From the NCBI GenBank assembly GCA_964517475.1, contig CAZFDB010000001.1:1-26479 (forward strand): a stretch of 26,479 nt of DNA, in the 5' to 3' direction. A program made the position numbers and the translations under genes. Below, in pieces: positions 8,562 through 16,139 of the stretch. The DNA is from an uncultured Desulfurococcaceae archaeon (GTDB lineage: Archaea; Thermoproteota; Thermoprotei_A; Sulfolobales; AG1). Each line of letters opens with the position of its first letter. Position 1 is the stretch's first letter. The notes under the pieces were generated by a model that was given only the letters and a program-made list of their open reading frames with translations, had not been told where the DNA came from and searched no databases.

Positions 8562-10124
8562 TTGAAAAGAGCATTTGAAAACATATATGTGATAGATCAA
8601 ACAACTTTATTAGAAGATTTTGATCTAGTTAAAGAAGTGATAGAGAAAAGAATCGGGTCGGGAGAGATCCATGTATTGAAGCAAGTTATAGAGAAATTCG
8701 AGAAAGGAGTTAGAGAAGGAGATCCTCAGGCTATGAGAGGATTAGAGAATATTGAGAGATTAAGAGAATTAATAAGTGGTAGAGAGGATCTTGAGTTAAG
8801 AATCGTGAATATTCAAGAGAAAATAACTCCTGAAAAAACACTAGAGCAAGTAATTAGAGACTATACACTAGAGATCGGTGGGATCTTAATAACATCAGAT
8901 CCTCTGCAAAAAAGAATTTCTCAAGCAATTAATATAGAAGTGATCGAGGTGTCTAAGAAGAAATCTGGGTTGTTATTCGAGAAATACTTTGATGCAGAAA
9001 CAATGTCTATCCACCTGAAAGCAGGGGCTCCTCCAAGAGCTAAGAAAGGTTCACCACTCAAATGGTTTTTTGAGTATCTAGATAATAAACCTCTTACAGA
9101 GAAAGATCTGGAGGATATTATAAATGATATCTTGGAGGAGATCAAGATTAGAAGAAGAGGATTTATAGAGATTGAGAGACCTTACTCAATCATAGCTCAG
9201 ATAGATATCTACAGAATCGTTATTGTGAAACCACCACTGAGTGATACATCAGAAGTAACAATCACGAGACCTATAGCCTCACCGTCTCTCGAGAGTTATA
9301 ATCTAAGACAAGATCTTGTTAAGAGATTACTGGAGAAGGCAGAGGGTATACTTATCGCTGGAGCACCGGGGATGGGTAAAACAACATTTGCTCAAGCACT
9401 AGCGAAATTCTACATGGAGAAAGGAAAAATAGTGAAGACTGTTGAGAGTCCACGGGATATGCATTTACCAGATGAAATCTCTCAGTACTCAAAGAGTAAA
9501 GGAACATCTGAAGAGCTACACGACATACTTCTACTTAGTAGACCTGACTACACGGTTTTCGACGAGATGAGAGATGATGCTGACTTTAATCTATACGTGG
9601 ATCTCAGATTAGCAGGTATTGGAATGATTGGCGTGGTCCACGCAACATCACCTATAGATGCTGTACAGAGATTCTTGAGAAGAGTAGATTTGGGAATGAT
9701 CCCAAGTATAGTAGATACCGTAATATTCATTAATAAAGGAAGGATAGAGAAGATCTATGAATTAGAATTAACGGTCAAGTTACCGACAGGATTAAGAGAA
9801 ATAGAATTAGCCAGACCCGTAGTCGAAGTCAGAGATTTAGAGACGGGGGAGTTAGAATATGAGATATATACATTCGGCGAACAAACAGTCATTGTCCCTG
9901 TGAAGAGACTAGGCTCATTAGATGAGAGGGATAGGAAGATTTATCAAGAGATCAAGAAACAATTCCCGGAAGCAGATATTGAGCGAGAAGGGGAGGTTGT
10001 GTGGATCAAGATCCCTAGAAACAGAATAGGTGGTGTAGGCAAGAACTTTCTTAGATTAAAGAAGAAGCTTGAGAAAAAATACAATATAGTACTAAGAATA
10101 AAATTAGGTGAAGAGACCACGTGA
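8562..10124 (+). CDS. PINA: PIN domain + P-loop ATPase + KH domain (Holliday junction branch-migration ATPase family)
   Basis: N-terminal PIN-like region (IYVIDQTT...LITSD), Walker A GAPGMGKT, VFDEMRD Walker B, GVVHATS motif, C-terminal KH-like region; adjacent to hjc. TTG start. Confidence 0.88.
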   Translation: MKRAFENIYVIDQTTLLEDFDLVKEVIEKRIGSGEIHVLKQVIEKFEKGVREGDPQAMRGLENIERLRELISGREDLELRIVNIQEKITPEKTLEQVIRDYTLEIGGILITSDPLQKRISQAINIEVIEVSKKKSGLLFEKYFDAETMSIHLKAGAPPRAKKGSPLKWFFEYLDNKPLTEKDLEDIINDILEEIKIRRRGFIEIERPYSIIAQIDIYRIVIVKPPLSDTSEVTITRPIASPSLESYNLRQDLVKRLLEKAEGILIAGAPGMGKTTFAQALAKFYMEKGKIVKTVESPRDMHLPDEISQYSKSKGTSEELHDILLLSRPDYTVFDEMRDDADFNLYVDLRLAGIGMIGVVHATSPIDAVQRFLRRVDLGMIPSIVDTVIFINKGRIEKIYELELTVKLPTGLREIELARPVVEVRDLETGELEYEIYTFGEQTVIVPVKRLGSLDERDRKIYQEIKKQFPEADIEREGEVVWIKIPRNRIGGVGKNFLRLKKKLEKKYNIVLRIKLGEETT

Positions 10125-10585
10125 GTGGTGAACAAAAAGAACTCCTAAGAATAAGAAGAAGAGCATTTCAGAGAGAAAGAGATCTTGCCCAGAGACTATG
10201 GAGATTAGGATTCGCGGTGGTTAGAGGACCCGCCAGTGGAGCCAAGGCGAAGAGAGTCATATACCCAGATCTCGTTGCGATTAAAAATAGAATCATATAT
10301 ATATTCGAGATTAAAACAAAGGAGAAGGAGGATCATATCTATATCGATGAGTACCAAATAATTAAGTTAAGAGAATTTGAGAAAAGATCTGGTGGGAGAG
10401 CTTATATAGCTATTAAAGTTGTTGATGAAACAGACTGGAGATTTGTTCCCATAGAAGCTCTTGAAAAAACAGGTGGTGGAAGATATAAAATAGACAAAAA
10501 GTTTTTCAGAGAAGGATTATCATTGGAAGATCTCTATAGAGAAGCCTCAGGGGATAAACCCCTAACCCAATATTTTAAAGCGTAG
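10121..10585 (+). CDS. hjc: Archaeal Holliday junction resolvase
   Basis: ERDLAQRL..GFAVVRGPASG..PDLVAIK..FEIK (PD-(D/E)xK nuclease). GTGA overlap with the PINA stop. Confidence 0.92.
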   Translation: MSGEQKELLRIRRRAFQRERDLAQRLWRLGFAVVRGPASGAKAKRVIYPDLVAIKNRIIYIFEIKTKEKEDHIYIDEYQIIKLREFEKRSGGRAYIAIKVVDETDWRFVPIEALEKTGGGRYKIDKKFFREGLSLEDLYREASGDKPLTQYFKA

Positions 10586-10619
10586 AGTTCTAGACATAGA
10601 ATCTCTTCATTTAAAAATC

Positions 10620-10627
10620 TTTATAAA
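10620..10627 (+). promoter_or_regulatory. Putative TATA box of SPFH-nfeD operon
   Basis: TTTATAAA ending 30 nt upstream of ATG 10658. Confidence 0.45.
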
Positions 10628-10657
10628 CATAATATTAAATGATAGAGGGTTAGTGTA

Positions 10658-11485
10658 ATGGATGGTATAATATTCCTTATACTAGCCATAATATTCATAG
10701 TGATCCCGTTCTTAGCCGCCTCAATAAAAATTGTGCGGGAGTATGAGCGAGCTGTGATATTCAGATTAGGTAGATTAAAAGGAGCTGCTGGACCCGGCAT
10801 ATTCTTCATCGTCCCAATCGTAGATCAATTCTTTAAAGTGGATCTCAGAATAAATACAGTGGACGTTCCACGCCAAGCAGTTATTACCAAAGATAACGTG
10901 TCCGTATCTGTTGATGCTGTAGTTTATTACAGAGTAGATGATCCTATTAAATCAGTAGTTAAGGTAGCTAATTACAACTACGCCGTAACACAACTAGCAA
11001 TGACTACTCTCAGAGATGTTATAGGGACAATTGAACTAGATCAGCTACTCTCACATAGAGAAGAGGTGGGTAAGAGAATACAAGAAATACTAGACGAAAC
11101 CACAGAGGCTTGGGGTGTTAAAGTTGTTGCTGTAAGAATCAAAGATATAGTGCTGCCCGAGGAATTGGTCAAGGCAATGTCTCTACAAGCCCAGGCAGAG
11201 AGAATAAGAAGAGCCAGAGTAATCGAGTCAGAGGGTGAGAGACAAGCCGCTGCGATAATAAGAGAAGCCGCTCAAATGTACCAAGAATTTCCCATAGGGA
11301 TAAGATTAAGAGAGCTACAAACATTCGTGGAAGTAGCTAAAGAGAGAGCTTTAATAATCGTCACCGACACTAGTAGGGGAGACACAGCATCTTTGATACC
11401 CGCACTAACAACAGCACTAACACAATTAATTAGTCAGAGAACAAGTTCTTCAAAAGTGATCTCTGAGGAGAAGAAGGGCTCTTAA
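10658..11485 (+). CDS. SPFH/band 7 (stomatin-like) membrane protein
   Basis: N-terminal TM followed by IKIVREYERAVIFRLGR, ITKDNVSV.VDAVVYYRV and AERIRRARVIESEGE. Confidence 0.93.
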   Translation: MDGIIFLILAIIFIVIPFLAASIKIVREYERAVIFRLGRLKGAAGPGIFFIVPIVDQFFKVDLRINTVDVPRQAVITKDNVSVSVDAVVYYRVDDPIKSVVKVANYNYAVTQLAMTTLRDVIGTIELDQLLSHREEVGKRIQEILDETTEAWGVKVVAVRIKDIVLPEELVKAMSLQAQAERIRRARVIESEGERQAAAIIREAAQMYQEFPIGIRLRELQTFVEVAKERALIIVTDTSRGDTASLIPALTTALTQLISQRTSSSKVISEEKKGS

Positions 11486-11486
11486 C

Positions 11487-12890
11487 ATGATTATTTTACC
11501 ACTAAAAAGAGTTGCTTCGCATGGTAATCTAAACAGGATCTTTACTATATTCATCATCTCCACTCTTTTGATAACAGCCATATTCTTCCTATACGCTCAA
11601 CATAGAGTAGATATTTCTAAAACGTATTTCTCTACGTATAATCTTCAACAAACACAAGAGATCATTGTTACAAAAGCATATGTTCTCTATATTAGAGGAA
11701 CAATAGATCAGGGCGTTAAGAACCATGTGGATATAGCTCTTAGGAAAGCCTCAGAAGATGATGCCGCGTTAATCATAGATGTGAATTCACCTGGAGGCTT
11801 CTTAGGAGACACCTTAGATATCACAGACATGATCTTCAAATCAACCATACCAGTAATAGGCTTCGCCTCCGGAGATAGTTTTAGTGGAGCGACATTGATT
11901 CTAGTACCAGTTAATATACTTGCTGTTGCTCCATATGCTCATATAGGAGATGCACAACCAGTTACGATAGGCCCCACAGGTCAGATACAACCTATCACGG
12001 AACCAAAGATCATTAATCCCTTAGTTAAGAAATACGAGGATATAGCTTTAGCGAGAGGCAGAAATACTTCTCTAATTAAACAATTTATAATTAACGCAAC
12101 AGTTATAAATGGCGTTGAGGCTGTCGAGTATCATTTCGCGGATCTTAACGCAAACTCACTTAACGACTTGGTTAGTAAACTATATAATAAGAGGGTTGTT
12201 ATTGGTGAGAAAAGTTATGTTCTCAGAATCTCTTCTTTAGAGAGATCTCCTGAGTGCTATATTTGCACAATCCTAAGTTTATTATCTGATCCCACTGTAA
12301 GTGGTTTAATGATAACAATAGCTGTCTTCTCAATAATATTCTCAATATCCTCAGGACACTTCATAGGTATACCAATAGCGTTGATATTCCTTTTCCTAGG
12401 ATTAATAGGCTCAGGATTCAACGTAGGGTTACTATCGATTATCATGATACTACTAGGAATAGCTTTTCTAGCAGGAGGAGTAGCTCTAGGAGGTAGTGAG
12501 GGAGGTATACTTATCATAGCAGGTCTTCTCTTAGCGGGATTAGGAGGCATGTTCCTACCTATTATCGGGAGAGAAATAATGATCTCAGGATCAGAGGCTA
12601 TAGTATCAAGCTTCTACTATGCTTCTCTTGGAATAGGTATAGGCACTGGCTCTGTAGGGGCATATATAGCTATTCAACTAATAAAATTGAGAAGAGTGAG
12701 ACACAGAATCTTTGAAATAGTGGGGAAAGAGGGATTAGCTAAAGACGAGATAACACCAGAGAAAGAAGGTTTTGTATTAATAGAAGGTGAACTTTGGAGA
12801 GCAATCTCAGAAAGAGATGTTATTAAACCAGGAGAACATGTCATTGTTGTGAACAGAAAAGATTTCTTACTAATAGTGAGAAGAGTGTAG
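11487..12890 (+). CDS. nfeD: NfeD/STOPP membrane-bound ClpP-class serine protease, long form
   Basis: Protease domain (DVNSPGG, FSGATLI, IGDAQP, ARGRN), TM bundle and C-terminal OB fold (GFVLIEGELWRA); adjacent to the SPFH gene. Confidence 0.88.
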   Translation: MIILPLKRVASHGNLNRIFTIFIISTLLITAIFFLYAQHRVDISKTYFSTYNLQQTQEIIVTKAYVLYIRGTIDQGVKNHVDIALRKASEDDAALIIDVNSPGGFLGDTLDITDMIFKSTIPVIGFASGDSFSGATLILVPVNILAVAPYAHIGDAQPVTIGPTGQIQPITEPKIINPLVKKYEDIALARGRNTSLIKQFIINATVINGVEAVEYHFADLNANSLNDLVSKLYNKRVVIGEKSYVLRISSLERSPECYICTILSLLSDPTVSGLMITIAVFSIIFSISSGHFIGIPIALIFLFLGLIGSGFNVGLLSIIMILLGIAFLAGGVALGGSEGGILIIAGLLLAGLGGMFLPIIGREIMISGSEAIVSSFYYASLGIGIGTGSVGAYIAIQLIKLRRVRHRIFEIVGKEGLAKDEITPEKEGFVLIEGELWRAISERDVIKPGEHVIVVNRKDFLLIVRRV

Positions 12891-12952
12891 AAGTGTTAAG
12901 GTGAGATGATCAGGCATCTACAAAATTCTCCTCCTCGGGACTTATAGAGTTA

Positions 12953-12988
12953 TTTTTATAAGCTACCTAAACCCGAATAAAATGGTGA
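12953..12988 (+). promoter_or_regulatory. Putative TATA box and RBS of the acidic microprotein gene
   Basis: TTTTTATA at 12953-12960 and GGTGA at 12984-12988, 4 nt before ATG 12993. Confidence 0.5.
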
Positions 12989-12992
12989 ATAT

Positions 12993-13151
12993 ATGGTACC
13001 GAAACCTCTGAGATTTGAAGAAGAGGAAGAGGAGTGGGAAGAAGAGGAAGAAGAAGAGGAGGAATGGGAAGAAGAAGATCTAGAGTGGGAAGAAGAGGAG
13101 TGGGAAGAAGAGGAAGAAGAGTGGGAAGAGGAAGAGGAGGAGGAAGAGTAG
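12993..13151 (+). CDS. 52-aa Glu/Trp-repeat acidic microprotein, function unknown
   Basis: Hand translation: MVPKPLRF-E6-W-E9-W-EEEDLE-W-E4-W-E6-W-E8-stop. It has its own TATA, RBS and downstream T-tract. GAA/GAG codons alternate and TGG stays in frame. Below the ORF track size cut-off. Confidence 0.8.
   Translation: MVPKPLRFEEEEEEWEEEEEEEEEWEEEDLEWEEEEWEEEEEEWEEEEEEEE
13017..13148 (+). repeat. Low-complexity GAR/TGG homopurine tract
   Basis: 132 nt with only 8 pyrimidines on the + strand (five TGG codons plus GAT CTA). Confidence 0.9.
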
Positions 13152-13159
13152 CCCAGCTA

Positions 13160-13178
13160 TAAAAACATCTAGTTTTTA
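13160..13178. terminator. Putative bidirectional terminator
   Basis: TAAAAAC-ATCTA-GTTTTTA inverted repeat giving a T5 tract on each strand, between convergent stops at 13151 and 13186. Confidence 0.55.
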
Positions 13179-13185
13179 CAAGAGA

Positions 13186-13947
13186 TCAGGGAATAATAAT
13201 TAAATCAAGATCTTTTACGAGAAAAGATCTCTCAAATAATTTTCTGGCTTCTAAGATTATTTTCTCCTCATCTCGATATCTAGAGCTTATATGATATAGA
13301 TATAATCTTTCAGCCTCTGATTTTAAAGCTATTTCAACAGCCTCTGAAACAGTGCTGTGTCCCGAGATCACAGCCTCTTCTAGATCCTCTGAAGAAAATG
13401 TGGCGTCATGAATCAATATATTTGCTTTTTTACAGTGATTCACAACTTCATCGCATGGTCTCGTGTCTCCTGTGTAGCATATTTTGTAGCAATCTCCTCT
13501 ATGACTAATCTCTATCACGTATCCAAAACTCTCAATTGAGTGACATACTCTGAATCCTTTTATACGGATCTTGTTGAAAACATGTGTTTCCTCAGGATCT
13601 CTATACTCTAATTCAAAAGATAATTTATGTCGCGACACATTTAGGAAAATATTTATCAGATCTCTTATTTCTCGGGGGGCTATTACGTAGAGAGTATCTC
13701 TTCTATTAAAGAGGGTCATTGATTGTAGAAGAGGTAGTAATCCTATGAAATGATCACCGTGGAGATGTGTTATAGCAATAAATCTTATTTTGAGTGGTGA
13801 TAAACCTATTTGTTGAAGTCTTATCTGACAACCCTCGCCACAGTCTAGTAATCCTATCTCTTTATTGATCTCAATCGCTATTGAGGGATGCCAGCGACGA
13901 TTATTTGGAGAAGCTGCTCCACTACCTAGAAAATAGATCTTGATCAT
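13186..13947 (-). CDS. rnz: Ribonuclease Z (tRNA 3' endonuclease, MBL fold)
   Basis: FLGSGAA, DCGEGCQ, THLHGDHFIG, YTGDTRP, LIHDATF, GHST and YHISSRY. Confidence 0.93.
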   Translation of the reverse strand: MIKIYFLGSGAASPNNRRWHPSIAIEINKEIGLLDCGEGCQIRLQQIGLSPLKIRFIAITHLHGDHFIGLLPLLQSMTLFNRRDTLYVIAPREIRDLINIFLNVSRHKLSFELEYRDPEETHVFNKIRIKGFRVCHSIESFGYVIEISHRGDCYKICYTGDTRPCDEVVNHCKKANILIHDATFSSEDLEEAVISGHSTVSEAVEIALKSEAERLYLYHISSRYRDEEKIILEARKLFERSFLVKDLDLIIIP

Positions 13948-14813
13948 ATCCTCAGGACCTCTACATCGATTTTTTCAGCGAGATTCTCTAAGAGCCTTAA
14001 TTTATCTGATGTGAAAGATTTCTTTTCTACAACAACTAAATTTATTTTCTCATAAGATCTCTCAATACTATCCAGGAATATTCTCAGAAGATCATCGCTA
14101 CTCAATTCCTTGATAGAGTGCTTAGATATGATGTGACCGAAGCAGATCTTATCCTCAATACTCATTCTAGTGAATTTCTCCGAGTAATGAGGCCCCCCGA
14201 AACCCACCGCGAATTTTCTACAAAAGAAATTTTCACTGGATAAAGTCATCTGAATAGCTCTTAACCAAGCCTCGTGGAGAGCCTCATCTCTCCACTCCCT
14301 CTCTGTGGAACCTATCTCAACAAATATAACAGGTTTCTTATTACTCGTTGGACCATGATGAGTAGCCTCGAAACTAATTTCGTAATTTGATAAACCAGAT
14401 TCTTGAGCCACCTCATATATATTTCTTAGAAGAGTTGTTGATAGAGAGGGTTTGGTATATGATAACTCGAGTGGTCTTCCACCATGTGAAGTGTCTCTAC
14501 GTGGATTACCTGGGTAATGAACTGTTAGGCTAGGGATGGAAGCCGATGAGCTATGTCTCGATAAAATTATTATTGATTCACTTAATAAGAAGTATTGATC
14601 TAGGTATTCTAAATAGATAACATCATCCGAGAAAGCTCCTAGGAACTCTATATTATAAGAACTATTCTCATCAGATCTACACATGATCTTGAGCCTAGGA
14701 TCATTGTAATCAAAGCATTTCAGCTCTAGATCCTTAATTAATTTATGGGCTATACCACTACCAGCTAAATCATTTAAACTATACGCGAAACCGTATCTAT
14801 TCATCTCAACCAC
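13944..14813 (-). CDS. dtdA: Archaeal D-aminoacyl-tRNA deacylase (DTD2)
   Basis: SRHSS..PSLTVHYPGN, EATHHGPT, FVEIGS, VGFGGPHY and GHIISK. Start is GTG 14813 or ATG 14804. Confidence 0.9.
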   Translation of the reverse strand: MVEMNRYGFAYSLNDLAGSGIAHKLIKDLELKCFDYNDPRLKIMCRSDENSSYNIEFLGAFSDDVIYLEYLDQYFLLSESIIILSRHSSSASIPSLTVHYPGNPRRDTSHGGRPLELSYTKPSLSTTLLRNIYEVAQESGLSNYEISFEATHHGPTSNKKPVIFVEIGSTEREWRDEALHEAWLRAIQMTLSSENFFCRKFAVGFGGPHYSEKFTRMSIEDKICFGHIISKHSIKELSSDDLLRIFLDSIERSYEKINLVVVEKKSFTSDKLRLLENLAEKIDVEVLRI

Positions 14814-14865
14814 GATATACTCTATATATACAATAAATCTCTTGTTAAAAAGAAATAATCTTGGA

Positions 14866-14922
14866 TAAAATGATGATACACGCAGGAGCTGATTATGATG
14901 AAGCCCCGCATCACTGATGATT
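14866..14922 (+). ncRNA. Box C/D 2'-O-methylation guide sRNA
   Basis: C box ATGATGA 14870-76, 12-nt guide TACACGCAGGAG, D' box CTGA 14889-92, TT spacer, C' box ATGATGA 14895-901, 12-nt guide AGCCCCGCATCA, D box CTGA 14914-17. All four boxes are consensus with canonical archaeal spacing. Ends are approximate. Confidence 0.92.
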
Positions 14923-15536
14923 ATAAAAAGACTTTGGCCGAGACCCTCAGAAAAAAGATCTCTGAGCTGGATAAAAGAGATTTGATTAGGGAGAATGTTA
15001 TTAGGATCTCTAGAGACTTGATTAGATGCTCTGGTAAAGTAGTATCAAGTATATTAGCAAATAACATAGATGAAGCTAAAAGAGAAATGGGTAGTTGCAG
15101 TGACTTGTTAGAGGATCTCGCGAAACACTACTATGAGGCCCCAGATCTAGTGAGAGGGATCGCTACACAAGCATTCACAGAATACTGTGAAGCTCTACTA
15201 CTCCTTAAAATATTCTCGGGAGATACTGAGGAGTGCGGTGATAAGATCCCTCCGGAGAGTGTGGTGCTTGGAGTACTAGATCTCACAGGAGAATTAAGGA
15301 GAGTAGCTATAAAACTACTAGGTGAATGGGATCTTGATACGGTGAAAGAGATAATAGATCTTATAAAAAACATATATCTAATCCTAAGCCCACAAGATTA
15401 TTCAGATGCCATAGCACCTGGGTATAGGCATAAAATAGATGTTTTGAGAAGAAATATTGAGGATCTAGAGACACTATATAGCGATATTAAAACTAGGAGA
15501 GATCTTATAGAGTCGCTGAGGAAAATCACTCTATGA
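14895..15536 (+). CDS. Translin/TRAX (C3PO)-family RNA-binding endoribonuclease
   Basis: All-helical protein with QAFTEYCEA and GVLDLTGELRR motifs. Start is uncertain (ATG 14895/14898 inside the C' box, or TTG 14934). Confidence 0.85.
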   Translation: MMKPRITDDYKKTLAETLRKKISELDKRDLIRENVIRISRDLIRCSGKVVSSILANNIDEAKREMGSCSDLLEDLAKHYYEAPDLVRGIATQAFTEYCEALLLLKIFSGDTEECGDKIPPESVVLGVLDLTGELRRVAIKLLGEWDLDTVKEIIDLIKNIYLILSPQDYSDAIAPGYRHKIDVLRRNIEDLETLYSDIKTRRDLIESLRKITL

Positions 15537-16139
15537 GATAATTCCGCAAGAACGCCCCAAGATCCTCTCTAATAAACCAATAATTAATCTCTTCAACGTG
15601 TCCATATCAATATCTTCATTAACAATCATATAATCAGCTAATGCTATAACCGAGCCTAACCCAAATGATAATTCCTGTAGATCCCTCGAAACAAAATCTT
15701 CCCAAGCCCTAGGATCATCTTCTCTACTACGTGAATAGATTCTTTTGAACCTGGTACTAGGACTTGAATGAATAGCTACTAAATAGATCTTCTCAAAAAT
15801 TTTTTTGAAGTAATTAACTTCATCAATTGATCTAACACCATCAATAATTATATGACTACTCAAATTATCACTTAAACAAATTTTTCTATGGGTCAGAATA
15901 GCCACAGCCTCAGAACCTAACTCTTCTCTCAATTTCATTGAGACAGATCTACTCGTCTCATAATTAATGATTAGACCTCTCCTAATAATTTCTTCTCTAA
16001 TGATATCACCCATGACAAAAACAGAGAGACCACATAATCTAGCGACCTCAGAGAATAATCCCTTCCCTGATCCTGGCATTCCGGCAACTAGTATAGCTTT
16101 ATACCTCCCAAGATCCTTTTCACATATCATATCTCTCAA
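15531..16139 (-). CDS. UPF0200 / dephospho-CoA kinase-like P-loop kinase
   Basis: ILVAGMPGSGKG, MGDIIREE, IIIDGVRSIDE and MIVNE. Start is TTG 16139 or ATG 16130. Confidence 0.8.
   Translation of the reverse strand: MRDMICEKDLGRYKAILVAGMPGSGKGLFSEVARLCGLSVFVMGDIIREEIIRRGLIINYETSRSVSMKLREELGSEAVAILTHRKICLSDNLSSHIIIDGVRSIDEVNYFKKIFEKIYLVAIHSSPSTRFKRIYSRSREDDPRAWEDFVSRDLQELSFGLGSVIALADYMIVNEDIDMDTLKRLIIGLLERILGRSCGIIS

Noticed and set aside
12906-12947. 13-codon ORF MIRHLQNSPPRDL after nfeD
   Set aside because: The GGTGAG directly abuts the ATG with no spacing, and the ORF is short enough to arise by chance.
13015-13083. Very basic peptide MKKRKRSGKKRKKKRRNGKKKI in the +1 frame of the poly-Glu gene (eL41/protamine-like look)
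   Set aside because: An automatic consequence of shifting GAR codons, with a TTG start and no properly placed RBS. Ribo-seq frame analysis could revive it.
14355-14420. ATGATGA antisense within dtdA as a second C/D candidate
   Set aside because: No correctly spaced CTGA or C' box.
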